Origin: Minisyncoccia bacterium
GTDB lineage: Bacteria; Patescibacteriota; Minisyncoccia; Phycocordibacterales; UBA918
Length of the DNA: 64,000 nt
Direction: 5' to 3'
Assembly: GCA_041750655.1 (NCBI GenBank)
Contig: JBGSYZ010000015.1
Location: forward strand, 7,119-71,118
This document shows positions 27,493-36,895 of the stretch, one piece after another (positions within the stretch are counted from its first letter, which is position 1; every line of letters begins with the position of its first letter). A program made the translations under genes and the position numbers. The notes under the pieces are model-generated. The model had not been told where the DNA came from. It saw only the letters and a list, made by a program, of their open reading frames with translations, and searched no databases.

Positions 27493-28905
27493 TTACGTAA
27501 CCACAATATCTTGTGTGCCACGTTTAAGATCAAAGCGATCAGGGCCAATGTCGGCGTAGAGTGGTATCAGCTCTCCAAAAGTCTCTTTGATATATTCTAC
27601 TACTCCATGAGCGACCATACGGACTGTTGGGTGCACGGTTGTGCCAGCCCGCAATTCAGCAATATAAACCCAGGTCGGCAAGTCACCACGGAAGTCGCAG
27701 CTCACCTGATAGCCCATCGGTATAAAATACTGCCGATTAGCAATGCTTATCTCCAACGAATCTAGGTCACTAGAAAGTTCAGTCAAATATTTTCCGACCT
27801 TGTTGGCGAACTGCTTTGGTAACTCGGAAAGATACCAAGGATGGAAGCCGATTTCTTCGGTCAATAGTGGCACCCGTTGGGTAACACTACGCTGACGTTG
27901 GATGTCTCGGTACCCCCCGTAGTCGATAGGGAACAAAAATCGCAGTGTACCTAGAACCCCAAGCTCTTTCGGAAGCTCGGTATACTGAGGTCTTTTTGCA
28001 AAAACTTCCGAGTATTTCTGAACTTCTTCGATATCAATCTCGTTACCAGTACAGACAAGCTCAGACACACTAGCATCATGGAAGTAGTGAAACTCCCGTA
28101 CCACTCCGGCCAAATACGCTTCGGTTGCCCAGTAGCGTTTTGGTTGCGGGTGATTACCGGCTACACCCAGCGACCGATTCTTACTAAAGGTCCGTTCGTG
28201 ACGAATCATCAGCAAAGTCTCGAGAGTCTCGCCGATGTTACGTACTTCGGCCAACGGGTGGTTACGAAGTTGCAATAGCCGATCATCGAATACTCGGAGC
28301 TCACCATGCCAGGCGACATTGGTGCTACAACCAGCTGGCAAAAACCCGCGAGCGACATCAAACGCTCTGGCATTAACGGTTTTTTCGTAGACAGCTTCCG
28401 ACTCGCCCTTTTTGGCAAATTTTTTGTACGGAAACCGACGCTTCATATCTTCTTTGAGCACCTTGAGCGCTTCAAGATAGAAAGCTCGCTGACGTTCCAA
28501 AATTTCATGTGAAGCACCAGTTTGCACTGGGTCAATGAACGGCTGGTTGGTAAAGTCGATATAGCGCGTAGAGCATTCTTGCCCATTGTAGAGGGCAAAT
28601 TGCTGCAGGGCCTTAGCGGCTAGCATCGAGACCCGTTCGAAGAGAACAGTGATTGAACCATTATCAGCCACCGATTTGTGGCCATAACCAACATAAGTTT
28701 GCTGCATAAATGGTCCCGGTCCTTTACTGACAAGAATATCCAATAGTTCATCGATGACCGAAGGATTGCGCGAGAACATAGCCTGGGTCATGGCCTCTTC
28801 TTCCGGGCCGATGAGGGTACCGGTGTTCATGAGAAGGATTTTGCCGCCGCTATGCAGGCCGAGTTCGGCATGTACCAGATCGGCTAGATTTTGTGGTTGA
28901 GCCAT
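27493..28905 (-). CDS. thyX: FAD-dependent thymidylate synthase, tandem-domain ThyX-like (SD-led)
   Basis: YGHKSVAD, QECSTRY, ARAFDVARGFLPAG, YRDIQRQR, ELR..TTVHP; AGGAG SD. Confidence 0.8.
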   Translation of the reverse strand: MAQPQNLADLVHAELGLHSGGKILLMNTGTLIGPEEEAMTQAMFSRNPSVIDELLDILVSKGPGPFMQQTYVGYGHKSVADNGSITVLFERVSMLAAKALQQFALYNGQECSTRYIDFTNQPFIDPVQTGASHEILERQRAFYLEALKVLKEDMKRRFPYKKFAKKGESEAVYEKTVNARAFDVARGFLPAGCSTNVAWHGELRVFDDRLLQLRNHPLAEVRNIGETLETLLMIRHERTFSKNRSLGVAGNHPQPKRYWATEAYLAGVVREFHYFHDASVSELVCTGNEIDIEEVQKYSEVFAKRPQYTELPKELGVLGTLRFLFPIDYGGYRDIQRQRSVTQRVPLLTEEIGFHPWYLSELPKQFANKVGKYLTELSSDLDSLEISIANRQYFIPMGYQVSCDFRGDLPTWVYIAELRAGTTVHPTVRMVAHGVVEYIKETFGELIPLYADIGPDRFDLKRGTQDIVVT

Positions 28906-29102
28906 TGTGGTCTCCTGTCTATATTTCTAGGATCATTCCTGCTGCGAGTATAACAATCTACAATCTGTAAAGACATTGACCTTTGTTTTAATATGTTATC
29001 TGTTTGTACATGCTGAGCCATTCTTTTTATGAGTAGGGAAGTACTATTTATCCGATAGAAGTGATTTACTTACTGTAGACATGAAATAGAGGAGGACACA
29101 CT

Positions 29103-29717
29103 GTGTTCATCACATTCGAAGGAATTGGTGGGTGCGGAAAATCCACCCAAAGTAAAAAAGTTGTTGAGTATCTTCGTAAGATTGGGCATGAAGTTTTTCA
29201 TACTCGTGAGCCTGGTGGTTCGCCCGGTGCTGAAGAAATTCGCCGGTTAATTCTTGAGGGAGATGGAAATAGGTGGTCAGCTGAAACCGAAATTTTACTT
29301 TTCAACGCTGCGCGTCGTGATCATTTGGAACGGTTAGTTTGGCCAGCTCAAAAGTCTGGTAAAATAGTTATTTCTGATCGTTTTGTTGATTCCACTCGAG
29401 TATATCAGGGAGTGGCCCGGGCTGACTTGCGAGGTTTGGTAGATGAGCTTCATACCTTGGTTATAAACTACGAAGCTGATTTAACACTCGTCATAGACAT
29501 CGATGTAAAAACTGCGATGGAACGTATGAGTTTGCGTTCTGGGGAGCAAGATCGCTTTGATGAAATGGGAATGAAATTTCAACAAGATCTTCGTGATGGT
29601 TACTTGAGTTTGGGAAAAGAATTTCCCGAACGATGCATTATTGTTGATGGGTTGGGTCCACAAGATGAAGTTTTTTCAAGAGTTAAAGCAGTCGTTATGA
29701 AACGACTGGGTACATAA
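29103..29717 (+). CDS. tmk: Thymidylate kinase (SD-led; Rhodobacterales-like sequence)
   Basis: FITFEG..GKST, TREPGG, LLFNAARRDH, SDRF.DS..YQG; GAGGAGG SD. Confidence 0.93.
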   Translation: MFITFEGIGGCGKSTQSKKVVEYLRKIGHEVFHTREPGGSPGAEEIRRLILEGDGNRWSAETEILLFNAARRDHLERLVWPAQKSGKIVISDRFVDSTRVYQGVARADLRGLVDELHTLVINYEADLTLVIDIDVKTAMERMSLRSGEQDRFDEMGMKFQQDLRDGYLSLGKEFPERCIIVDGLGPQDEVFSRVKAVVMKRLGT

Positions 29718-29760
29718 TAATAGCCGGCGCCCGCAGGGCGCCGGCTAAAATCTTTTTTGC

Positions 29761-29897
29761 TATACCTCACCCTTACTTTAAGTCTATTTTTAAGTCGTGG
29801 TCAGTTTTATTTTATGTTTCAAATTTTTATAGGTGATATTTTTGTTTTTATTACAAATAGTCAATAATGACTGACTTAAAGTTAGGGTCGAGGTATA
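29761..29897. mobile_element. MITE-like element with ~25-bp imperfect TIRs ending in TATA; supplies dut promoter
   Basis: tatacctcacccttacttttaagtc ... gacttaaagttagggtcgaggtata; related to 36776-36887. Confidence 0.55.
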
Positions 29898-29906
29898 CTA
29901 CCCAGC

Positions 29907-30329
29907 ATGCAAATGCGGTTTAAGAAATTACATCCTGAGGCCAAAGCACCGACCTTCGCTCATGCCACTGATGCCGGGATGGATTTATATACAATTGAAG
30001 ACTTTACTATTGAGCCAGGTGCGCACTACAATGCGCTGACGGGCATATCTCTGTTACTACCGGATGGGTATGCGGGGTTGATTTGGGACAAGGGTGGTAT
30101 TGGTATGCAACGACACATTAAGACTATCGGTGGTGTTTTTGATACTGGATACCAAGGAGATTACACTATTGGACTTGTAAACGTTGGGCATGAACCTCAG
30201 ACTTTTAAAAAAGGTGACAAAATTGCTCAAATACTGATTCAAAAAGTGGAGCATCCCGAGCTTATTGAAGTGGAGGAATTTGAACAAACCGCTCGTGGTG
30301 ATGGTCGATTTGGGAGTACTGGCAAGTAA
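29907..30329 (+). CDS. dut: dUTP diphosphatase
   Basis: DAGMDL, GGVFDTGYQG, GDKIAQ, RGDGRFGSTG. Confidence 0.93.
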   Translation: MQMRFKKLHPEAKAPTFAHATDAGMDLYTIEDFTIEPGAHYNALTGISLLLPDGYAGLIWDKGGIGMQRHIKTIGGVFDTGYQGDYTIGLVNVGHEPQTFKKGDKIAQILIQKVEHPELIEVEEFEQTARGDGRFGSTGK

Positions 30330-30497
30330 AGATCTCAAACTTTGGATTAGCTTGCGTAGTTAAAAATTGATGATATTGTATTTAGTGACGTAGGCTGGAA
30401 CCCTGTGTCAAAATTCACTGTCCCTCGTTCCGCAACTTAAGCCGGGCGCCCTGCGCCCGGCTTTTTTCTTTTGCCAAACACGTTACAATGACGAGAC

Positions 30498-31598
30498 ATG
30501 TTCAATAATTTACTTATTAGGTTAGAAAATTCAAAATCATATCGTAAGTTCAAACATCATTGGCTAACGATTGCTTTTATTTTAGGATTTGTTTTAGACA
30601 ATCTGACACTCAATAGTGTTGAGCAAGTGTTTGATAATTCTATTTTGGCAATGTACATATTTCTGTCTATGGCCAGTATGTTATTACTCTATGCCGGTAG
30701 CGCACAGAAGTTAAACGATCGCAACAGTGAGTTGGCCCGTACCTATGCCCCTTTGTTTATTCAGTACGCCTTTGGAGGTCTGCTCTCCGGGATGCTTATC
30801 TTCTATGGCCGTAGTGGGGACTGGGGTCAAAGTTGGCCGTTTCTACTATTAATACTGTCAGTGATTTATGGGAACGAGACTATCCGCAATCGCTCGGCTC
30901 GATTGGTCTTCAATCTCTCGGTCTTCTTCATCGGCCTATTTTCATACACTGTTCTTATCATACCTGTGATTACTGGCTTGATGAACGTATGGGTTTTTCT
31001 CGGTAGTGGTTTGATTGCGATATGTATAATGTATTTTTTTGTACAAGCGTTGTTCAAGGTGGTACCGAATTTTATCACCTTACACCTTAGAGCCATTATT
31101 TTTACCATCGGTGCTATCTATGTGACTTTTAATACGTTATATTTCACCAATATCATTCCACCCATTCCCTTGTCACTTAAAGACGTAGGTATATTTCACT
31201 CGGTAGTGCGGTTTGAAAATGGTGACTACCAGCTTAAGTACGAGAAAGGAAAGTGGTGGCAACCATTTAAAAATTCTGATAGCACGTTCCATGCGGCCCC
31301 AGGCGACAATATGTATTGTTTTGCTAAAGTGTTTGCTCCAACCAAATTATCGATAGACATTTATCATCGCTGGGAATATAAAGATGCTAATGGTAAATGG
31401 GTAGAACACTTCCGCACCTCGTATCCTATTTCAGGAGGAAGTGACGGTGGCTATAGAGGGTACACACTTGTAAAAAGTTTTAATTCAGGTGAGTGGCGGT
31501 GCAGTGTGGAAACCGAACGTGGACAGGTGTTGGGCCGTGAGACATTTACCGTGGAGAAGGGAGTTACTCCGGGAGAGTTAGTGACTCGGGTGGAATAG
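30498..31598 (+). CDS. Multi-TM membrane protein with C-terminal DUF2914-like domain
   Basis: Many TM segments; IYHRW, ISGGSDGGYRGYT, GEWRCSVET. Confidence 0.75.
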   Translation: MFNNLLIRLENSKSYRKFKHHWLTIAFILGFVLDNLTLNSVEQVFDNSILAMYIFLSMASMLLLYAGSAQKLNDRNSELARTYAPLFIQYAFGGLLSGMLIFYGRSGDWGQSWPFLLLILSVIYGNETIRNRSARLVFNLSVFFIGLFSYTVLIIPVITGLMNVWVFLGSGLIAICIMYFFVQALFKVVPNFITLHLRAIIFTIGAIYVTFNTLYFTNIIPPIPLSLKDVGIFHSVVRFENGDYQLKYEKGKWWQPFKNSDSTFHAAPGDNMYCFAKVFAPTKLSIDIYHRWEYKDANGKWVEHFRTSYPISGGSDGGYRGYTLVKSFNSGEWRCSVETERGQVLGRETFTVEKGVTPGELVTRVE

Positions 31599-31666
31599 TT
31601 TGTCCTTCTCTGCCTCTTGCCGTCATTGTCTTAAAGGCGTATTGTGCAAATTAGGAGGTGTATCAC

Positions 31667-31864
31667 ATGTGGGTTTTTCATCCTGAGCTATTAGTGGCTG
31701 GCATTGCCATCCAGGCTAAGCTGGCTGCGGATTTCTCCCAAATGTGGGTTGAGGTTCTTTCCCCACCGGAAAGAGGTTTGGTTGTACCATACCAACCTCG
31801 AGTCAGAGTTACTCATCACCATGAAAAGCCAGCCCCAGTTTTGCAGTTGGCTGACCACCGTTAG
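31667..31864 (+). CDS. Hypothetical protein (SD-led)
   Basis: AGGAGGTG SD before ATG 31667; ggtcccg/cgggacc hairpin after stop. Confidence 0.55.
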   Translation: MWVFHPELLVAGIAIQAKLAADFSQMWVEVLSPPERGLVVPYQPRVRVTHHHEKPAPVLQLADHR

Positions 31865-32008
31865 ATACTTCTGGTCCCGATTAAACCCGGGACCGAATTT
31901 TTTGTCTAAATAACTTATCTTGCCAAGAAAAACTTTTTACCGTAAGGTGTGTCGTTAGACGTTGCAGAGCAACAATAAACAAAACTTTTCAGGCCAAGGG
32001 AGACACAA

Positions 32009-32380
32009 ATGGCAAATGGAAAAGGACGTCATCGATCACGACTCCATGTTCGCTTTGGCGAGCGCGGTGTCAAGAAACTTTGCGTGAGCGTACCATTCAC
32101 TGATGAGTGTAAGGCGGAAGTGGTGGGTTTGATCGAGGCCTATCTCGAACGGACCAAACCACAGCCCGGGCGCAAACGATTGGCCAACCCAGATTCACAC
32201 TCGACAAGCGTTAAGTTCCTGCTGGGACAGGGCGGACAAGATTTGGGCATTCAGTCTGTGACGGTTTCACTGGCTGATTTGAGGACTGGCCGTACACAAA
32301 AGCTGTTTAGCCGTCTTGATGAAGCTCGCAACGCAGCGATTGCTAAGCTCGACCCACCGCAATCCATGGCTGCTGAATGA
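32009..32380 (+). CDS. Hypothetical protein (SD-led, ends -AAE)
   Basis: AAGGGGAG SD; GC-richer codons. Confidence 0.55.
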   Translation: MANGKGRHRSRLHVRFGERGVKKLCVSVPFTDECKAEVVGLIEAYLERTKPQPGRKRLANPDSHSTSVKFLLGQGGQDLGIQSVTVSLADLRTGRTQKLFSRLDEARNAAIAKLDPPQSMAAE

Positions 32381-32598
32381 GCGTGATGTGGTGGTTGCCA
32401 CCACTCTTGGATGTCAGTTGGGCATTGTTTTGCCAGCTGATGGCTGGTGATCCACCGTATTGGGGTGGCGGTAGGTTCTTTCAATGGCCAGGGAATTTTC
32501 CCTGGCCATTTCGCTTTTCTATTTTATAAATCGTGATACGATGCTTACGCAGTCTGATACGCTGCTTAATAAGTAATGTCTGATATACATTCACATAT

Positions 32599-35500
32599 AT
32601 GAATACTAAAAAGCAAGGTGAATCGCATAGCGAGAGAAGGTACCCTGGGGTAAATGGTCGTGGAAACGACTCGGTGGAAGTGGTTGAAACAAACCAAAAA
32701 AGTGATGTTGCACTGCGTGAAGAAGCCATACTAGCTTTTTGGCAGGAACACGACATATTTAAAAAGAGTGTAGACACTCCAGCTGGTGAAAAACCGGTCG
32801 GAGATTTTGTTTTTTATGATGGTCCACCGTTCGCTACTGGTTTACCGCACTACGGGCATATTTTGGCTAGTACTATCAAAGACGCTATCCCGCGGTTTTG
32901 GACAATGAATGGGTATCATGTGCGCAGGCAGTGGGGATGGGACTGTCACGGCTTGCCACTGGAGAATTTGATTGAGAAAAAATTAGGCTTAGCTACCAAA
33001 CGAGACATTGAAGAGTACGGAGTGAAGAATTTTAACGAAGCAGCCCGCGGAGCAGTGATGGAATATGCCGATGAATGGGCGCGAATAATTCCCCGCATGG
33101 GTCGCTGGGCCGACATGGAAAACGACTACAAAACCATGGATAGTTCCTACACAGAAAGTGTGTGGTGGGTGTTTTCGGAACTTAATAAAAAAGGAAAAGT
33201 GTTTGAAGGCTTTAAGTCGATGCACTTATGTCCGCGTTGTGGCACTACTTTATCTAACTTTGAGGTGAATCTGGGTTACAAAGACATAAAGGATATTTCA
33301 GTATACGTTAAGCTACCACTGATTGATGAACCAGATACGTCACTATTGGTGTGGACGACTACACCATGGACGCTACCGGGCAATATGGCGGCGGCGGTAC
33401 ATAATGAGTTTGATTATGTACAAGTTCGAGTTACTACAGATGACGGAGAAGAAAATTTGATTTTGGCTAAAGGTCGCCTCGCTGCGCTCGGCGACCTACC
33501 GTACGAAATAGTGGAAGAAATGAAAGGGGCTGACTTAGTGGGTAAACGCTATGTGCCACCGTTTGATTATTGGAGTAAGCAAGACTTTGAGGGCAAGGAG
33601 AACGCTTGGCAGATTTTTCATGCTGAGTATGTCGAGCTTGGCGAAGAAGGTACCGGTGCGGTGCACCTCGCGCCGGCCTACGGAGCGGATGATATGGAAC
33701 TGGCCAAGGAACATGGTCTACCCTTGGTGCATCACGTCGATGAGAACGGACACTTCAAGGAGTTCGTGACTGATTTCGCCGGGCAACTGGTGAAGCCCAA
33801 AGACGATGATGACTCGGGGGTAACCCACCTCGATGCTGACATTGAAATTGTGAAAGCACTGAAAGAGAGTGGCCGACTATTTAAAAAAGAAAACATCACG
33901 CACAGCTACCCACACTGTTGGCGATGTGATACACCGCTTCTTAACTACGCGACGACGTCGTGGTTTGTTGATGTACCTTCCATAAAAGACGAATTAGTCA
34001 CAGAAAACGAAAAGGTACAGTGGGTGCCAGAACATGTCGGGACGAATCGTTTTGGTAAGTGGCTTGATGGTGCTCGGGATTGGGCGGTCAGTCGCCAGCG
34101 CTACTGGGGCGCACCGCTACCGATTTGGCGTAACCCAGAAACTAAGGAATACCATGTCTTTGGTTCCCTTAAAGAAATTCAAGAATTTACTCCCAAGAGT
34201 GGCAATGAGTATTGGTTGATGCGGCACGGCGAAAGTGAAAGCAATATCAAAGGTATTATCAGTTCCAATAAAGACAATAAGGATGGCCTAACCGACAAAG
34301 GGAAGAAACAGGTTGAGAAGGCGGCTGCCATGCTACCTAAGGATATAGATATTGTTATTCACTCTGGTTTTGAGCGCACCCGCGAAACCGCCGAGCTCGT
34401 CGCGGCTGCCCTCGGCAACGCGGAAGTAATCGAAGATGATCGAGTGCGAGAGTTAGATTTGTCCGATGACTTCGAAGGAAAAAGTTGGGATGAGTACAAC
34501 GCACAGTTTGGTAGTTGGGAAGAGCGTTATACCAAGGAACTTGATGGTTCAGAAAATCGTCGTGATGTGCAAAAGCGTATGGGTTCTTTTTTGTCGACCG
34601 TTGAAGAAAAATATCAAAACAAGAAAGTACTTATTATTAGTCACGCCGGAACGCTATTTGCCTTAGAGTGTGCTGCCCAAGGTTTAAATCCGAAAGAAGC
34701 AGAAGTTCACTTTGCCAACGGCTCTCACTACCTGGATAATGCCCAAATTCGTACTTTAGACTTCACTCCTATTCCGCACAACGACAACTACGTGCTCGAC
34801 TACCACCGACCATACATCGATAATTTTGTAGTAGAAAAAGACGGAGTGCGTCTCGAGCGGGTGCCAGACGTATTTGATTGCTGGTTTGAGAGCGGTTCGA
34901 TGCCGTACGCGCAATATCATTATCCGTTTGAAAATGAAAAAGAGTTTGAGAAAAAATTATTTCCTGCCAACTTTATTGCTGAAGGACTCGATCAAACTCG
35001 CGGTTGGTTTTACTCACTCATAGTACTCGGTACAGCGTTGTTTGGAAAAAGTCCGTTTGAAAATGTGATTGTAAACGGCTTAGTAATGGCCGAAGATGGG
35101 AAGAAGATGAGTAAGTCACTACAGAACTACCCAGATCCGATGGATGTGGCTGATAGTGCTGGGGTAGATGCTATGCGATTTTATTTATTGTCTTCCTCAA
35201 TTGTCCGCGGTGAGGATTTAAATTTTTCTGAGAAAGGAGTGCTGGAATTACAGCGTAAAAATATTGGCCGATTACACAATGTGCTCACTATGTTTAAAGA
35301 ATATAGTATAGATGCAAAAACAGCATCCCACGCTGTTTCAGCGAGCGATAATTCTCCCCATGTCTTAGATACATGGATCATCGCTCGCCTCAATGAGCTC
35401 ATCGCCGAAACTACTGCTGGCTATCAAGCCTATGAACTTGATAAAGCAACGCGACCAATTACCGACTTCATTGACGACGTATCCGTCTGGTACTTACGAC

Positions 35501-36204
35501 GCAGTCGAGAAAGACTGAAAGGTGTCGGGAAGTCCGGGGGACTTTCCGACACAGAAGACAAAGAGCTAACTTTAGGTACGATGCGACATGTACTAAAAAA
35601 CTTAGCTCTGGTGATGGCCCCCGTCATGCCTTTCTATGCAGAGTATCTGTGGCAAGCGGTAAAAGAAGAAAAAGAAGCAGAGAGCGTACACTTAGGAGTT
35701 TGGCCAAAGGCAGGAGTGATTGACGATGAGCTCCTAGCTGAAATGAAGTTAACTCGAGAAGTCGTTTCACAAGCTTTGGAAGCCAGAGCTAAGTCTGGGT
35801 TGAAGGTACGACAACCACTTTCTGCACTAACCTCGCCAACTATGGTCGGTGATGATTTTGTAGACATTGTTAAAGATGAAGTAAACGTTAAAGCAGTCAT
35901 TTTTGATGAATCTGTCGAGAGTGTTGTTCTCAATGAAACAATTACCCCCGAGCTCCAGGCGGAAGGCGACACTCGTGAATTAATCCGAGCTATTCAAGAT
36001 ATGCGTAAACAGGCTGGGTTACAAACTGCAGATAGAATCAAGCTCACTATTCAGACTTCTGATGGTGGAGAGGCAATTGTAAAACTATTCCAAACAGACA
36101 TCCAAAAAACTGTTGGTGCGACGGAGGTGGTTTTCGGTGACGCACATGGTAGTGAAATCAAAGCGGGTGAGCATGAGTTTACTGTCGAGATAACTAAAGT
36201 GTAG
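32599..36204 (+). CDS. ileS: Isoleucine--tRNA ligase (type 2) with inserted histidine-phosphatase domain
   Basis: DGPPFATGLPHYGH, WTTTPWTLP, SRQRYWG, EGLDQTRGWF, KMSKS; internal LMRHGES..SHAG. Confidence 0.95.
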   Translation: MNTKKQGESHSERRYPGVNGRGNDSVEVVETNQKSDVALREEAILAFWQEHDIFKKSVDTPAGEKPVGDFVFYDGPPFATGLPHYGHILASTIKDAIPRFWTMNGYHVRRQWGWDCHGLPLENLIEKKLGLATKRDIEEYGVKNFNEAARGAVMEYADEWARIIPRMGRWADMENDYKTMDSSYTESVWWVFSELNKKGKVFEGFKSMHLCPRCGTTLSNFEVNLGYKDIKDISVYVKLPLIDEPDTSLLVWTTTPWTLPGNMAAAVHNEFDYVQVRVTTDDGEENLILAKGRLAALGDLPYEIVEEMKGADLVGKRYVPPFDYWSKQDFEGKENAWQIFHAEYVELGEEGTGAVHLAPAYGADDMELAKEHGLPLVHHVDENGHFKEFVTDFAGQLVKPKDDDDSGVTHLDADIEIVKALKESGRLFKKENITHSYPHCWRCDTPLLNYATTSWFVDVPSIKDELVTENEKVQWVPEHVGTNRFGKWLDGARDWAVSRQRYWGAPLPIWRNPETKEYHVFGSLKEIQEFTPKSGNEYWLMRHGESESNIKGIISSNKDNKDGLTDKGKKQVEKAAAMLPKDIDIVIHSGFERTRETAELVAAALGNAEVIEDDRVRELDLSDDFEGKSWDEYNAQFGSWEERYTKELDGSENRRDVQKRMGSFLSTVEEKYQNKKVLIISHAGTLFALECAAQGLNPKEAEVHFANGSHYLDNAQIRTLDFTPIPHNDNYVLDYHRPYIDNFVVEKDGVRLERVPDVFDCWFESGSMPYAQYHYPFENEKEFEKKLFPANFIAEGLDQTRGWFYSLIVLGTALFGKSPFENVIVNGLVMAEDGKKMSKSLQNYPDPMDVADSAGVDAMRFYLLSSSIVRGEDLNFSEKGVLELQRKNIGRLHNVLTMFKEYSIDAKTASHAVSASDNSPHVLDTWIIARLNELIAETTAGYQAYELDKATRPITDFIDDVSVWYLRRSRERLKGVGKSGGLSDTEDKELTLGTMRHVLKNLALVMAPVMPFYAEYLWQAVKEEKEAESVHLGVWPKAGVIDDELLAEMKLTREVVSQALEARAKSGLKVRQPLSALTSPTMVGDDFVDIVKDEVNVKAVIFDESVESVVLNETITPELQAEGDTRELIRAIQDMRKQAGLQTADRIKLTIQTSDGGEAIVKLFQTDIQKTVGATEVVFGDAHGSEIKAGEHEFTVEITKV

Positions 36205-36205
36205 T

Positions 36206-36772
36206 GTGGCCTACGCTACGTATACAACCGAAGCGATTGTGTGTGGCAGTAAAGATTCTAATACTTCCGACCGTTCGTACTTACTGTTTACACAAAGAGC
36301 TGGTATGTTGTGGGCCAGTGCCAGGAGTGTGCGGACGGAAAAATCCAAACAGCGCTACGCGCTCGTTGATTTTTCCGTCATCCGAGTTTCACTTGTGCGT
36401 GGGAAAAGTGGTTGGCGCATTGGTAGTGTTGAATCACTGTTGAATCCATTTATGCAGAGTGATAACCGACAGGCTCGGGCTTTTATACAATTAGTAGTAC
36501 GTTCACTTCGAAGATTTCTTCACGGAGAAGAACCAGCCCCTGCCGTTTTTGAAGATGCTAAGGGAGCACTTTACTTGGCTACTAAAAATCAAAACTTTGA
36601 GGAGATTGGGAATATATACATGTTGCGACTTTTAGAAAAATTAGGCTACGTGAGTAGTAAAACTTCATTTGCCCCGCTACTGGCTGGCAGTATTCTTTCT
36701 CAGACTAAAGAAAAGGTTCCGGCTGAAGGTCTCAAAGCCATTGATATTGCCTATAGAGCCAGTCATTTATAG
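36206..36772 (+). CDS. recO: DNA repair protein RecO (short)
   Basis: TEAIV..DRSYLLFT..G..A.SVR..KSK OB-fold pattern. Confidence 0.75.
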   Translation: MAYATYTTEAIVCGSKDSNTSDRSYLLFTQRAGMLWASARSVRTEKSKQRYALVDFSVIRVSLVRGKSGWRIGSVESLLNPFMQSDNRQARAFIQLVVRSLRRFLHGEEPAPAVFEDAKGALYLATKNQNFEEIGNIYMLRLLEKLGYVSSKTSFAPLLAGSILSQTKEKVPAEGLKAIDIAYRASHL

Positions 36773-36775
36773 GTG

Positions 36776-36887
36776 GTATACCCTGCCCTAACTTTTTAGT
36801 CTATAAAGGAGGTGTATATAAAAGTCAGGCTTGTGTGTTAAATATTGTCTATTATCTAGCTGACTAAAAAGTTAGGGCAGGGTATAC
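36776..36887. mobile_element. MITE-like element with perfect 26-bp TIRs; supplies promoter of the next gene
   Basis: gtataccctgccctaactttttagtc (36776-36801) and exact reverse complement (36862-36887). Confidence 0.65.
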
Positions 36888-36895
36888 TTTGTTTT

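Noticed and set aside
27501-27516. Near-perfect NrdR-box-like palindrome CCACAATATCTTGTGT
   Set aside because: It lies inside the last codons of thyX (GTQDIVV) between convergent genes, is single-copy and far from a promoter; probably a coding coincidence.
30366-30440. Short open frame IDDIVFSDVGWNPVSKFTVPRSAT ending at a GC palindrome
   Set aside because: No convincing start codon or SD after the upstream in-frame stop; possibly a cassette remnant but not supportable as a gene.
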